From Limnohabitans sp. (GTDB lineage: Bacteria > Pseudomonadota > Gammaproteobacteria > Burkholderiales > Burkholderiaceae_C): a stretch of DNA of 64,000 nucleotides. The position numbers were made by a program, and so were the translations under genes. Of the stretch, positions 1-10,179 are shown in pieces; position 1 is the stretch's first letter; each line of letters starts with the position of its first letter. The stretch spans positions 2,251-66,250 of the forward strand of contig JBIKSF010000001.1 in NCBI GenBank assembly GCA_044348785.1, given 5' to 3'. The notes beneath the pieces were generated by a model. That model had not been told where the DNA came from. It did no database searches and saw nothing but the letters and a program-made list of their open reading frames with translations.

Positions 1-1
1 A

Positions 2-769
2 GCCCTCTTGCTCGACGCTTTGGGCATTGAACAACTGGCCGCCGTGATGGGCGGCAGTTTGGGCGGCATGCAGGCGCTCTCTTGGACGCTGCAATACCCT
101 GAGCGCGTGAAACACGCGGTGGTGGTGGCCAGTGCGCCCAACCTGAACGCCGAAAACATCGCCTTCAACGAAGTGGCGCGCCGCGCCATCGTGACCGACC
201 CGGACTTTCACAACGGGCACTTTTACGCGCAAGGTGTGGTGCCCAAGCGTGGCCTGCGCATCGCCCGCATGATCGGCCACATCACGTACCTGAGCGATGA
301 CGTGATGAACGAGAAGTTTGGCCGTGAGCTGCGCGAAGCCGTCACGCACAATGTCACCGGCTACAAATACTCCACACAAGACGTCGAGTTCCAGATTGAA
401 AGCTATCTGCGCTACCAAGGCGACAAGTTCAGCGAGTACTTTGACGCCAACACCTATTTGTTGATCACCCGTGCGCTCGATTACTTTGACCCGGCCCGCG
501 CTTTTGGCGGCGACCTGTCCAAAGCGCTGGCCCGCGCCAGTTGCAAATTTTTGCTGGTGAGCTTCAGCACCGACTGGCGCTTTTCGCCTGCCCGGAGCCG
601 CGAGATGGTCAAGGCCCTGCTCGACAACCGCCGCGACGTGAGCTACGCCGAAATCGACGCACCGCACGGGCACGACGCCTTCTTGCTGGACGATGCGCGT
701 TACATGAACGTGGTGCGCTCTTACTTTGACAACATGGCGAAGACTTTGAACGAAGGAGGTGCCGCATGA
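2..769 (+). CDS. metX: Homoserine O-acyltransferase MetX (acetyl- or succinyl-transferase), 5' end outside the window
   Basis: GGSLGG nucleophile elbow, [26 protein letters not shown] catalytic His; overlaps metW (ATGA). Confidence 0.95.
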   Translation, partial: ALLLDALGIEQLAAVMGGSLGGMQALSWTLQYPERVKHAVVVASAPNLNAENIAFNEVARRAIVTDPDFHNGHFYAQGVVPKRGLRIARMIGHITYLSDDVMNEKFGRELREAVTHNVTGYKYSTQDVEFQIESYLRYQGDKFSEYFDANTYLLITRALDYFDPARAFGGDLSKALARASCKFLLVSFSTDWRFSPARSREMVKALLDNRRDVSYAEIDAPHGHDAFLLDDARYMNVVRSYFDNMAKTLNEGGAA

Positions 770-1350
770 GCGACCCTTTGATCATGCAAGCCATGGCCCG
801 CCTGGTGCCGCAAGGCGCCCGCGTTCTTGATTTGGGCTGTGGCGATGGGGCTTTGCTGGCCTATCTGCAGCAACACAAAGGCTGCACCGGTTACGGCGTG
901 GAGCTGGACGATGCCAATGTGCACGCCTGCGTGCAACGCGGTGTGAATGTGATCCAACTTAACCTGGACGAGGGCCTGAACCTGTTTGCCGACCAATCGT
1001 TTGATGTGGTGCTGCAAATCGACACGCTGCAACACTTACGCAACGCCGAGACCATGTTGCGCGAGACAGTGCGCGTCGGAAAAATCGGCATCGTGGCCTT
1101 TCCCAATTTTGCGCACTGGTTCAACCGCCTGAGTGTGTTGCAAGGTCGCATGCCAGTGACGAAGCGCCTGCCCTACCAGTGGTACGACACGCCCAACATC
1201 CGCGTGGGCACCTACGCCGACTTTGGCGATTTGGCGCGCAAGAACCAGTTGCGCATCATGGACGCCTTTGGTCTGCAACAAGGCCAAGAAGTGCGCCTGT
1301 GGCCCAACCTGATGGCGGGCACGGCGGTTTACAAATTGCAGCGCGGCTGA
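766..1350 (+). CDS. metW: Methionine biosynthesis protein MetW (SAM-binding fold)
   Basis: [12 protein letters not shown] motif, [20 protein letters not shown]; coupled to metX. Confidence 0.95.
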   Translation: MSDPLIMQAMARLVPQGARVLDLGCGDGALLAYLQQHKGCTGYGVELDDANVHACVQRGVNVIQLNLDEGLNLFADQSFDVVLQIDTLQHLRNAETMLRETVRVGKIGIVAFPNFAHWFNRLSVLQGRMPVTKRLPYQWYDTPNIRVGTYADFGDLARKNQLRIMDAFGLQQGQEVRLWPNLMAGTAVYKLQRG

Positions 1351-1510
1351 CCCCTTTGCCGCAGGCTAGCCCTGCAGCAAAAGCAGCGGGGTATCTGAGC
1401 GCGCATTTGCCAGCGCATGCTTGGCGCGGAATGGACAAACCTTGAGCAAAGGCAAAAGCTGGTCTCAAAGCCGCACCCCATAGTGGGCGATTCGGTGTAG
1501 GCTGAAAGCC

Positions 1511-3103
1511 ATGGACACCCAAGTCGCCGAACCTGGCACCTCGCCCCCCAGCGGCGTCAATGAGGCCTCGCCCCTGTCGCTGCGCCGGGTCGCCATCGAC
1601 ACCTACCGCGAAAACGTGGCCTACCTCAACCGCAATTGCGCGGTGTATCGGGCAGAAGGTTTTCAGGCGCTGTCCAAGATCGAAGTGCGGGCCAATGGAC
1701 GACAGGTGGTGGCCACCCTCAATGTGGTGGACGACGACAACATCGTGGCCTGCACTGAAGTGGGTTTGTCAGAAGACGCTTTCCGGCATTTGGGCGTGCC
1801 CGATGGACACACCGCATCGGTCTCGCAGGCCGAGCCGCCAGCATCAATGGAAGCACTGTTTCGCAAGATCGATGGCGAGCGCTTGAACAAGGACGACTTT
1901 CACGCCATCGTGCAGGACATCGCGGGGCACCACTATTCCAAGATCGAACTCACCGCCTTTGTGGTGGCCACCAACCGGGGTGAGATGGACCGCGAAGAGG
2001 TGTACTTTTTGACCGAAGCCATGGTCGCTGCTGGACGCCGCCTGGATTGGCGTGAGCCGCTGGTGGTCGACAAACACTGCATCGGCGGCATTCCCGGCAA
2101 CCGCACCTCGATGCTGGTCATGCCCATCCTGGCGGCCTACGGCATCCTGTGCCCCAAGACCTCTTCGCGCGCCATCACCTCACCTGCAGGCACGGCCGAC
2201 ACCATGGAAGTGTTGGCCAATGTGGAGCTGCCCTTTGAAAAACTCTCCGAGATAGTGCGCACGCACCGGGGTTGTCTGGCTTGGGGCAGCACGGCCGATT
2301 TGTCACCGGCCGACGATGTGCTGATCGCGGTCGAGCGGCCGCTGTCGCTGGATTCGCCCGCGCAGATGGTGGCATCCATCCTGTCCAAAAAAATCGCGGC
2401 GGGCTCTACCCACCTGGTGCTCGACATCCCGATTGGCCCCACGGCCAAGGTCCGCTCCATGCCCGAGGCGCAGCGCCTGCGCCGGTTGTTTGAATACGTG
2501 GCTACGCGCATGCACTTGTCGCTGGAGGTCGTCATCACCGATGGCCGCCAGCCCATCGGCCAAGGTGTAGGTCCGATGCTCGAAGCACGTGACGTGATGC
2601 GTGTGCTGGAAAACGACCCTCGTGCGCCCAACGACCTGCGCCAAAAATCGCTGCGCTTGGCGGGCCGACTGATCGAAGCCGACCCCGATGTGCGCGGCGG
2701 CGACGGATTTGCCATCGCGCGCGACATCCTCGACTCCGGCAGGGCGCTCAGCCGCATGCAGGCCATAATCGCCGCGCAAGGCGCACACCCTTTTGACCAC
2801 AACCACCCGCCATTGGGGGCGCTGACGCTCGAGGTGTTCGCCCCCCGTGACGGTGTGGTGACCGGCATCGACAACCTGCAGATCGCCCGCATCGCCCGCA
2901 TGGCCGGTGCCCCAAAAGTGCAAAGCGCCGGCGTGGATCTGCTGCACAAACTGGGTGACAGCATCCAGCAGGGTGAGCCGCTGTACCGCGTGCACGCGGC
3001 CTACCCGAGCGATCTGGAATTTGCCGCGCAGCTGTGCCGCAAAGCCAGCGGCTACACCCTCGGTCAGGCCCATGAAGTACCTCATGTGTTTGTCGAATTT
3101 TGA
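1511..3103 (+). CDS. Thymidine/AMP phosphorylase family protein, archaeal AMP-phosphorylase-like subfamily
   Basis: [42 protein letters not shown]; about 100-aa N-terminal extension typical of the AMP phosphorylase subfamily. Confidence 0.9.
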   Translation: MDTQVAEPGTSPPSGVNEASPLSLRRVAIDTYRENVAYLNRNCAVYRAEGFQALSKIEVRANGRQVVATLNVVDDDNIVACTEVGLSEDAFRHLGVPDGHTASVSQAEPPASMEALFRKIDGERLNKDDFHAIVQDIAGHHYSKIELTAFVVATNRGEMDREEVYFLTEAMVAAGRRLDWREPLVVDKHCIGGIPGNRTSMLVMPILAAYGILCPKTSSRAITSPAGTADTMEVLANVELPFEKLSEIVRTHRGCLAWGSTADLSPADDVLIAVERPLSLDSPAQMVASILSKKIAAGSTHLVLDIPIGPTAKVRSMPEAQRLRRLFEYVATRMHLSLEVVITDGRQPIGQGVGPMLEARDVMRVLENDPRAPNDLRQKSLRLAGRLIEADPDVRGGDGFAIARDILDSGRALSRMQAIIAAQGAHPFDHNHPPLGALTLEVFAPRDGVVTGIDNLQIARIARMAGAPKVQSAGVDLLHKLGDSIQQGEPLYRVHAAYPSDLEFAAQLCRKASGYTLGQAHEVPHVFVEF

Positions 3104-3116
3104 AGCAGGTGTGCGG

Positions 3117-4019
3117 ATGTCTGAAAACGGCGCATTGCTTTACTTTGAGGACGAAGCCCCTGCCGCCTTGCGCCTAGCCGAAGCCTCGGGCCTCTTGCCG
3201 CACCGGGTGGAACGTCACTGCTTTCCCGATGGCGAAATGCAACTGACACTGCCGTCGCACTTGCCCCCGCGTGTGGTGCTGCTGCGAAGCCTGCACCAGT
3301 CGAATGAAAAATTGACCGAGCTGCTGCTGGTCGCACCCACCGCCCGCCAGCTGGGTGCCGTGCACCTCTGCCTGGTCGCGCCCTACTTGGCCTACATGCG
3401 GCAAGACAAAGCCTTCGCCCCCGGCCAGGCCGTGAGCCAACGCATCGTGGGCGCATGGTTGGGCACGCTCTTCGACGAGGTCATCACTGTGGACCCGCAC
3501 CTGCACCGGGTGAGCAGCTTGGCACAAGCCGTTCCAGCCCATCAGGCCATCGCGCTGAGCGCCGCGCCCCTGCTGGGCCACTGGATTGCACAGCACCGCC
3601 CCGGGGCCTTTTTGCTGGGGCCAGACAGTGAATCCGCGCAATGGGTCACGCAAGCCGCTGCAGCGCACGGCTTTCAACACGCGGTGTGTACCAAGCAGCG
3701 GCATGGCGACCGCAGTGTGGAAATCGCACTGCCCATCTGCGATCTGGTTGGCAAGGCGGTGGTGATTCTGGACGATGTGGCCAGCAGCGGCCACACCCTT
3801 GCCACCGCCGCCGCACTGGCCCTGGCCGCAGGTGCCGCCAGCGTGGATGTGGCGGTCACCCACGCCCTGCTGGCAGGCGATGCGCTAGAGCTGATTCACC
3901 AAGCCGGTGTGGGGGCGTTCTGGAGCACCGACAGCGTCGCGCACCCGAGCAATGTGGTCGCCTTGGCACCGCTGCTGGCAACGGCGCTTAAGTCAGATGC
4001 TGGGGCAAAGGCTAGGTGA
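3117..4019 (+). CDS. Ribose-phosphate pyrophosphokinase (PRPP synthase)-like protein
   Basis: FPDGE, PYLAYMRQD, VDPHLH, DDVASSGHT PRTase loop; ATG 3117 chosen because it lies 13 nt after the upstream stop. Confidence 0.88.
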   Translation: MSENGALLYFEDEAPAALRLAEASGLLPHRVERHCFPDGEMQLTLPSHLPPRVVLLRSLHQSNEKLTELLLVAPTARQLGAVHLCLVAPYLAYMRQDKAFAPGQAVSQRIVGAWLGTLFDEVITVDPHLHRVSSLAQAVPAHQAIALSAAPLLGHWIAQHRPGAFLLGPDSESAQWVTQAAAAHGFQHAVCTKQRHGDRSVEIALPICDLVGKAVVILDDVASSGHTLATAAALALAAGAASVDVAVTHALLAGDALELIHQAGVGAFWSTDSVAHPSNVVALAPLLATALKSDAGAKAR

Positions 4020-4180
4020 ACGGCTAGGCTGCTCACGGTCACGAAGTCAACGAATAGGCCTCGCGGTTCTGGCAGCACGCCATGGTGCGTCAACTTGGGC
4101 AAGGGGTTGGGCCTCACTCTCGGCACCTTACGTCCGGTGATAGATTCAGTAACTGAACTGAACAACTGGGACCGAAGAGC

Positions 4181-4726
4181 ATGAGCGCACCCCTTATTGA
4201 AACCGACCGACTGATCTTGCGTGCGCATCGACTCGATGACTTTCCTGCACTGGCCGCTATGTGGGGCGACCCCGCAGTCTCTCAATTCATCAGCGGGAGG
4301 CCTTCGACGCGGGAGGAGTGCTGGGCGCGGCTTCTTCGCTACAGCGGGCACTGGGCGTTGCTTGGCTTTGGCTTTTGGGCCGTGCAATGGAAGGACAGTG
4401 CTCAGCTCATCGGCGACGTTGGCTTTGCAAACTGGGAAAGAGACATCAGTCCCCCCCTGGATGGCCTGCCGGAGGGCGGTTGGGTGTTCTCAAGCGAGGC
4501 GCATGGGCGCGGCATCGCCACTGAGGCTGTGAACGCTGCGCTTGCATGGTTGGATGAAAAGTTCGGCGCCAAGACGACAGCGTGCATCATTGGCCCAGAG
4601 AACGCGGCATCCATTCGACTTGCTCAGAGGGCCGGGTATCGAGAGTACTGCCGATCGGCGTTCAAGGAGTCCCAGGTGATCCAGTTTCGTCGCAAAGGGG
4701 GACATGGAGGGTCTGGTGACGCCTAA
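4181..4726 (+). CDS. GNAT N-acetyltransferase, RimJ/RimL family
   Basis: IETDRLILR start, HGRGIATEA acetyl-CoA motif, ENAASIRLA. Confidence 0.9.
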   Translation: MSAPLIETDRLILRAHRLDDFPALAAMWGDPAVSQFISGRPSTREECWARLLRYSGHWALLGFGFWAVQWKDSAQLIGDVGFANWERDISPPLDGLPEGGWVFSSEAHGRGIATEAVNAALAWLDEKFGAKTTACIIGPENAASIRLAQRAGYREYCRSAFKESQVIQFRRKGGHGGSGDA

Positions 4727-4827
4727 AGTCTGTAACCTGCATTCATTCTCAGCCCGCATGAACAGAACGGGTGTTTGAAAACTTCAGATGTGTGCTGATC
4801 AGCAACCCAGACAGAACGCCACGTGTT

Positions 4828-5076
4828 TCAGCGATTGGCAGACATGGCTTGACGTTTTCGCTTGGCCATGATTCGGGCTGAGTTGAGGCCGGTGAGAACC
4901 ATGATGGGCCACAAGAAAGTGCAGACCATGGCCCACAACACGCGACTGCCCAGAGTTGAGCCACCTTCGGCCGCCTCGATCTGGTGAGGCCCCTCGCTGA
5001 AAATATGCCTGTAAGAAAACGTTGCAAAACCGAATACAGCGCCAAACAAGAGGAACAGATAGATGTAGATGTTCAC
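4828..5076 (-). CDS. Small hypothetical membrane protein with two hydrophobic segments
   Basis: 82 aa, two TM-like stretches, basic C-tail; AGGAG upstream of the GTG start. Confidence 0.65.
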   Translation of the reverse strand: MNIYIYLFLLFGAVFGFATFSYRHIFSEGPHQIEAAEGGSTLGSRVLWAMVCTFLWPIMVLTGLNSARIMAKRKRQAMSANR

Positions 5077-5269
5077 GACAATCTCCTGATGAGAACGATC
5101 AGGGCCGTCTGAATGGGCGGTTTGCCTGACCTCAAGTCGAGATACTAAACCAATGCCACAATAAACTTACATTCTTCTGTGTACTTATACATTTACACCA
5201 AGAGGGATTCATGCGTTCGCGAGCGTTTCAAGTGTGAGGGAACAGGTGAAGATCACATGGCCTTGCCCG

Positions 5270-5500
5270 TCAAGCGCTTTCCCGTGCCGCCTGCAGCGCT
5301 TCGCGCAGCACCTTCAAGTCCCCAATGTGGTTGGCCAACAGCAGGATCAGGCGGGCGTTGAGCGCTTCGCTTTGCTCGTCGCTCAGGCCATTGTGGGCTT
5401 CAATCAGGTGTTCATAGAACTCGTCACCGGGTGAGAAGTCGCGAAAGAACCGGCGACCGGGTTCATGGAAGTTGGGGTCTGTTTTCAGGGCGGTGTGCAT
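5270..5500 (-). CDS. DUF2783-family small protein
   Basis: DEFYEHLIEAHNGLSDEQSEALNARLILLLANHIGD signature; follows the FAD monooxygenase. Confidence 0.85.
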   Translation of the reverse strand: MHTALKTDPNFHEPGRRFFRDFSPGDEFYEHLIEAHNGLSDEQSEALNARLILLLANHIGDLKVLREALQAARESA

Positions 5501-5518
5501 GTCAGTCCTTGGTGCGGT

Positions 5519-7219
5519 TCAGGCTTGGCCGATGTTGGCGCCCATGTTGTGGCCCAGGGCGCGGGCCCATGCGGCTTGCAGCTTGGCACTGTCCAGCTGA
5601 CGCCAGCGGGCGACCACATGCTGGTCGGGGCGCAACAGGTAAGTGGTGCCGGGTGTGGCGTCGTAGCGTTTGGCCACCAGGCCTTGGGTGTCGACGATCA
5701 CTTTCACGCCGGGAATGTCCATGGGGCTGGATGAAACGATGAGGGGCGTCACCTGGACAAGCTGGGCATTCGCGCGCAGGGGCACGCTCACACAGGACGC
5801 GAGTTTCGCCAACACCTCTGGCGGGGGTGATGCGTCTACAAACAGCATGAGCTGAAAGCCTTTGCCCACTTGGTCGAGCAGCCAGGCGTTTTGGCCGTCC
5901 ATCTGCACTGGCGCGTCGTCCATCGGTGCGCCGGGCACCATCTGACCTGCAAATGTGTCGGTATCTGGCGTGTTGAGCACCGAATCCGTCAAGAACGACG
6001 GCATGGACAGGCGGCCCGAGTTGACCAGTTTGCGGGCAAACGGGTGGTGCTTGGCCAGCGCCAGCACTTGGTTGCGGAAGGTCTTGCTGGTGCGGCTCTT
6101 GGGCGTGATGAAGTCTGTCGAGCGGGTCGAGTTCATGATGTTTTCGTCAGCCGCAAACTGGCGGTCATGCGCATAGCTGTCGAGCAACTTGTCGCTGGCC
6201 TGGCCCTTGATGACCAAGCCCAACTTCCACATCAAATCATCCGCATCCTGAAAACCCGAGTTGGCCCCGCGCGCCCCAAAGGGCGAGACCTGGTGCGCCG
6301 CGTCGCCCACAAACAGCACACGTCCGTGGCGGAAGTCGGTCATGCGACGGCACTGGAATGTGTAGATGCTGACCCACTCCAGCTCAAACGGGCGCTCATC
6401 GCCCAGCATGGCTTTCAGGCGCGGGATGACTTTTTCGGGCTTCTTTTCTTCTTCGGGGTCGGCGTCCCAGCCGAGCTGGAAGTCGATGCGCCAGACGTTG
6501 TTGCTTTGCTTGTGGAGCAGCACGCTTTGGTTGGGGTGAAACGGCGGGTCAAACCAGAACCAGCGCTCGGCCGGATAGTCGGCCTTCATGATCACGTCGG
6601 CAATCAAAAAGCGGTCTTGAAACACGCGGCCTTCAATGTCCAGCCCCAGATGGCGGCGGATCGGGCTGCGTGCGCCATCGGCCACCACCAGCCAGTCGGC
6701 CTCGATGTCAAACGTGCCTTCGGGTGTTTCCACCGTCAGCGTGGCGTGCGTGTCATGGGGCGTGACGGCCGTGACCTTGTGCTGCCAGCGGATGTCAGCG
6801 CCCAGCTCCAGCGCACGGGCAATCAGCATTTCCTCGACGTGGTACTGCTGCAGGTTGATCATGCCGGGGCGTTTGTGGCCCGCATCAGGCACCAGGTTGA
6901 ACTGGTAGACCTCATCTTCTTCCAAAAAGGTGCGACCAATGTTCCAACTGACGCCCATGTCACAGGCTTGTTCTGCGATACCCAAACGGTCCAGAATTTC
7001 GAGAGAGCGCTTGGCATAGCAAACCGCCCGCGAGCCGACCGACACGGTCTTGTCGTCGTCCAGCACCAGCACATCCAAACCCTGTAAGCGGGCATCAATG
7101 GCAGCCGCCAGGCCCACAGGCCCTGCCCCAATGACGATCAGGGGTTTGCGCTGCGGCGGTGTGGACATCAAGTCGACTGGCGACTTGTAAGGATAAATCG
7201 GGTTGATGTAGGCACTCAT
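5519..7219 (-). CDS. FAD-dependent monooxygenase (MhpA/PheA-like aromatic hydroxylase family)
   Basis: GAGPVG, DGARS, GDAAH..PFGARGANSG motifs; C-terminal LLRPDQHV domain. Confidence 0.9.
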   Translation of the reverse strand: MSAYINPIYPYKSPVDLMSTPPQRKPLIVIGAGPVGLAAAIDARLQGLDVLVLDDDKTVSVGSRAVCYAKRSLEILDRLGIAEQACDMGVSWNIGRTFLEEDEVYQFNLVPDAGHKRPGMINLQQYHVEEMLIARALELGADIRWQHKVTAVTPHDTHATLTVETPEGTFDIEADWLVVADGARSPIRRHLGLDIEGRVFQDRFLIADVIMKADYPAERWFWFDPPFHPNQSVLLHKQSNNVWRIDFQLGWDADPEEEKKPEKVIPRLKAMLGDERPFELEWVSIYTFQCRRMTDFRHGRVLFVGDAAHQVSPFGARGANSGFQDADDLMWKLGLVIKGQASDKLLDSYAHDRQFAADENIMNSTRSTDFITPKSRTSKTFRNQVLALAKHHPFARKLVNSGRLSMPSFLTDSVLNTPDTDTFAGQMVPGAPMDDAPVQMDGQNAWLLDQVGKGFQLMLFVDASPPPEVLAKLASCVSVPLRANAQLVQVTPLIVSSSPMDIPGVKVIVDTQGLVAKRYDATPGTTYLLRPDQHVVARWRQLDSAKLQAAWARALGHNMGANIGQA

Positions 7220-7396
7220 GCGTGGTCTCCGGCCATGAGAAAAGCACTTTCCAGTGCGACAGGCTGTAATTTACTATAGATAAATCAGTTTACCTATCCG
7301 TAATTTTAGCGCTACAAGGATTTTTGACCCCGCGTGTCACCACGCACTTGGTTGACAGCATGAAAAACCATCTCAGGCTATGCTCAAGATCCGTCT

Positions 7397-7414
7397 TTTG
7401 TATGACAACTTCAT
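7397..7414. promoter_or_regulatory. Putative FadR/GntR operator at the regulator start
   Basis: TTGTATGACAA inverted repeat (TTGT-N3-ACAA); 14/18 identical to 28843-28860. Confidence 0.5.
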
Positions 7415-8186
7415 GATCCAGCAATTCACCCCCGTGTCCAGCGGCGCTCGGCTGTCTGATCAGGTGGCCGATCAACTGGCCAAAGAAATCAAACAAGGCC
7501 GACTCTTGCCCGGCGACAAACTGCCCACCGAGGCACGCTTGGTCGAGCAGTTTGAAGTCAGCCGCACCGTGGTGCGCGAGGCCGTGTCAAGGCTCAAGTC
7601 GTTGGGCCTGGTCGACTCACGTCAAGGCAGCGGGGTGTTTGTGAACCCGCAATTGCCCTTTGCACCGCTCAACTTCGAGGCCAGGCATGCCGCCTCGCAA
7701 GAGGCTGTGATCCAGATGGTGGAGGTGCGCCGCGCACTCGAAGCAGAAGTGGCTGCGCTGGCGGCCGAACGGCGCAACGCACGCGATATTCGAAAGATCG
7801 AGCAAGCCGTCCAAGCCCTTGATGCTGCCGTTCAGTCGGGCGGCGACGGTGTGGCCGAAGACGTGAAGTTTCACCGGGCCATTGCCGATGCCACGTGCAA
7901 CCCTTTCCTGATCCAAACGCTGGAGTACCTGGGCCAGTTTTTGCACGGGGCCACTCAAGTGACCCGCGCCAACGAGGCCCGGCGCATCGACTTTGCGGCC
8001 GAAGTGCAAACCGAGCACCAGGCCATCTTACGAGCCGTCAAAGCCGGTGATGCTGCTGCGGCCAGGCAAGCCGCCGCCACGCACATGGGCAACGCCATCA
8101 CCCGCATTCGCAGTGCAGACCCGGCCTTTTGGGTGCAAGAAGGAGAGCGGCTGGCGCAGCCCCTGGTCAAAGGGCTGCGGGCTTGA
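7413..8186 (+). CDS. FadR/GntR-family transcriptional regulator (wHTH + FCD)
   Basis: GDKLPTEARLVEQFEVSRTVVREAVSRL HTH; DVKFHRAIA..NPFL. Confidence 0.93.
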   Translation: MIQQFTPVSSGARLSDQVADQLAKEIKQGRLLPGDKLPTEARLVEQFEVSRTVVREAVSRLKSLGLVDSRQGSGVFVNPQLPFAPLNFEARHAASQEAVIQMVEVRRALEAEVAALAAERRNARDIRKIEQAVQALDAAVQSGGDGVAEDVKFHRAIADATCNPFLIQTLEYLGQFLHGATQVTRANEARRIDFAAEVQTEHQAILRAVKAGDAAAARQAAATHMGNAITRIRSADPAFWVQEGERLAQPLVKGLRA

Positions 8187-8187
8187 A

Positions 8188-9207
8188 TCACTCGGCCTTG
8201 ATGTTGGCCGCCTTGACCACTGCCGCGTAACGCGAGAGGTCACGCGCCATGTCGCGCCCAAAGCGTTCTGAGCCGCCCGGGCTGGCCGTGATGCCCAAGG
8301 TGTTCAGGCGCTCGCGCACTGCCGGGTCATTGAGCACAGCGTTCAGCTCGGTGTTGAGCTTGTCCACAATCGCCCGGGGCGTTTTGGCAGGAGCCAGCAA
8401 GCCCACCCAAGAGTTGATGTCGAAATCGGCCACGCCCGATTCGATGAACGTGGGCACATCGGGCATGGACGGGGCACGCTGCGCACTGGACACGGCCACA
8501 GCATGGACCTTGCCCGACTTGACGTGTTGAATAGCGCTCGCCACAGCGGTGTAGACCAGCGGAATGGAGCCACCCATCACATCGATCATGGCCTGACCAC
8601 CGCCTTTGTAGGGGATGTGCATCAGGTTGGCCCCCGTGCGCTGCTTGAGCAATTCACCCGCAATGTGCGGCGTGCCGCCCGTGCCGGAGGTGCCATAAGA
8701 CAGACCACCCGACTGGGTTTTGGACAGGGCGATCACTTGTTGCAGTGTTTTGGCGGGCACGCCGGGGTGCGACACCAGAATCAAAATCGCATCACCAATC
8801 TTGCCGATCGGCGCAAAGTCCTTGGCGGTGTCAAAACCGACTTTGGGAAACACATGGGGGTTGATCACCATCGTGCCGTCAAAGCCCAAGAGCAAGGTGT
8901 AACCATCGGGCTCGGCCGAAGCCACCATTTGCGTGCCGATGTTGCCCGAGGCACCGGGTTTGTTGTCCACGATGACCTGCTGACCCAATCGTTTGGACAA
9001 CTGCTCAGCGATCAGGCGGCCGCTGGTGTCGGTCACCCCACCCGTGGCAAAGGGCACCACGAGGCGAATGGGTTTGGCAGGGTAGGCCGCTTGCGCAGCA
9101 GCGGTGCTGGCGCCGAGGGTCAAGCCACCGCAGGCAGCGGCCATCAGACCGGTGCTCAGCGCGGTTTTGAGCCATTGGCGTCGTGGGGTTGTGGTTTTCT
9201 TGTGCAT
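8188..9207 (-). CDS. Bug/TctC tripartite tricarboxylate transporter substrate-binding protein
   Basis: YPAKPIRLVVPFATGGVTD, DNKPGASGNIG, HIPYKGGG, PDVPTFIESG; RR-type leader. Confidence 0.93.
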   Translation of the reverse strand: MHKKTTTPRRQWLKTALSTGLMAAACGGLTLGASTAAAQAAYPAKPIRLVVPFATGGVTDTSGRLIAEQLSKRLGQQVIVDNKPGASGNIGTQMVASAEPDGYTLLLGFDGTMVINPHVFPKVGFDTAKDFAPIGKIGDAILILVSHPGVPAKTLQQVIALSKTQSGGLSYGTSGTGGTPHIAGELLKQRTGANLMHIPYKGGGQAMIDVMGGSIPLVYTAVASAIQHVKSGKVHAVAVSSAQRAPSMPDVPTFIESGVADFDINSWVGLLAPAKTPRAIVDKLNTELNAVLNDPAVRERLNTLGITASPGGSERFGRDMARDLSRYAAVVKAANIKAE

Positions 9208-9236
9208 TGTTGTCTCCAGGGGGTTTCGGGGTGAAA

Positions 9237-10109
9237 TCAATCGGTCTCGGCGTAGCGCTTTTCAAAAGCCCACACGTCTTCAAAACCCATGAGGCGGGTC
9301 AGGTCGGCGAAGTCATAGAGCGGCGTGCTGCCCTTGGCCGACGAGCCGGTGTCCCTGAACTGTTGGTACACCTGCGTCATGGCCTGCACACCCGCCAGCA
9401 AGGCGGTCACCGGGAAGATGGCGATCTTGTAGCCCAGCGCTTCCAGCTCTGGCTTCGTCAGCACGGGCGTGCGGCCTTTTTCGACCATGTTGGCGACCAA
9501 GGGCACATCAAAGCTTTGGCCGATGCGGCGCATCTCCTCTTCGGACTCGGGCGACTCGACAAACAAAATGTCCGCCCCCGCTTTGGCATAAGCCTCGGCC
9601 CGGCGCAGCGCTTCATCAAGGCCCAGCGTGGTACGGGCGTCGGTGCGGGCAATGATCAAAAAGTCTTTGGATTCGCGTGAGTCGACGGCCACCTGGATCT
9701 TGCTCACCATGTCGGCCATGGGAATGACGCGGCGGCCCGGCGTGTGGCCGCATTTTTTGGGGAACTCCTGGTCTTCGAGCTGGATGGCGCAAGCGCCTGC
9801 CGCTTCGTAACCCCGGATGGTGTGGCGCATGTTGAGCAAGCCGCCGTAGCCGGTGTCGGCATCGGCAATCAGGGGCGTGCGGGCCATGCCCGCCATGGCT
9901 GTCACGCGGCCCACCATGTCGCTGTAGGTCGCCAAGCCCGCATCGGGCAAGCCCATGTGCGAGGCCACGGTGCCGTAACCGGTCATGTACAGCGCATCAA
10001 AACCGAAGCTGTCGGCCAGGCGCAGCGACACCATGTCAAATACACCCGGTGCGACCACCAGGCCCGGTTGATTCAAACGCGAGCGCAAAGCAGAGGTCTT
10101 GGTATTCAT
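9237..10109 (-). CDS. Isocitrate lyase/PEP mutase superfamily lyase (2,3-dimethylmalate/methylisocitrate lyase-like)
   Basis: DADTGYG, EDQEFPKKCGH, IIARTDA. Confidence 0.88.
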   Translation of the reverse strand: MNTKTSALRSRLNQPGLVVAPGVFDMVSLRLADSFGFDALYMTGYGTVASHMGLPDAGLATYSDMVGRVTAMAGMARTPLIADADTGYGGLLNMRHTIRGYEAAGACAIQLEDQEFPKKCGHTPGRRVIPMADMVSKIQVAVDSRESKDFLIIARTDARTTLGLDEALRRAEAYAKAGADILFVESPESEEEMRRIGQSFDVPLVANMVEKGRTPVLTKPELEALGYKIAIFPVTALLAGVQAMTQVYQQFRDTGSSAKGSTPLYDFADLTRLMGFEDVWAFEKRYAETD

Positions 10110-10179
10110 GAGGAAAATTTTTGTGAAGAGTGGTTAAATCAGGCGCTTCAATTTCATCATTTCAGCAGAAGAGAACGCC

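Noticed and set aside
1442-1455. FNR-like TTGAGCAAAGGCAA upstream of the phosphorylase
   Set aside because: Three mismatches to the consensus.
5104-5113. GCCGTCTGAA, the Neisseria DNA uptake sequence
   Set aside because: Only one copy noticed; consistent with chance.
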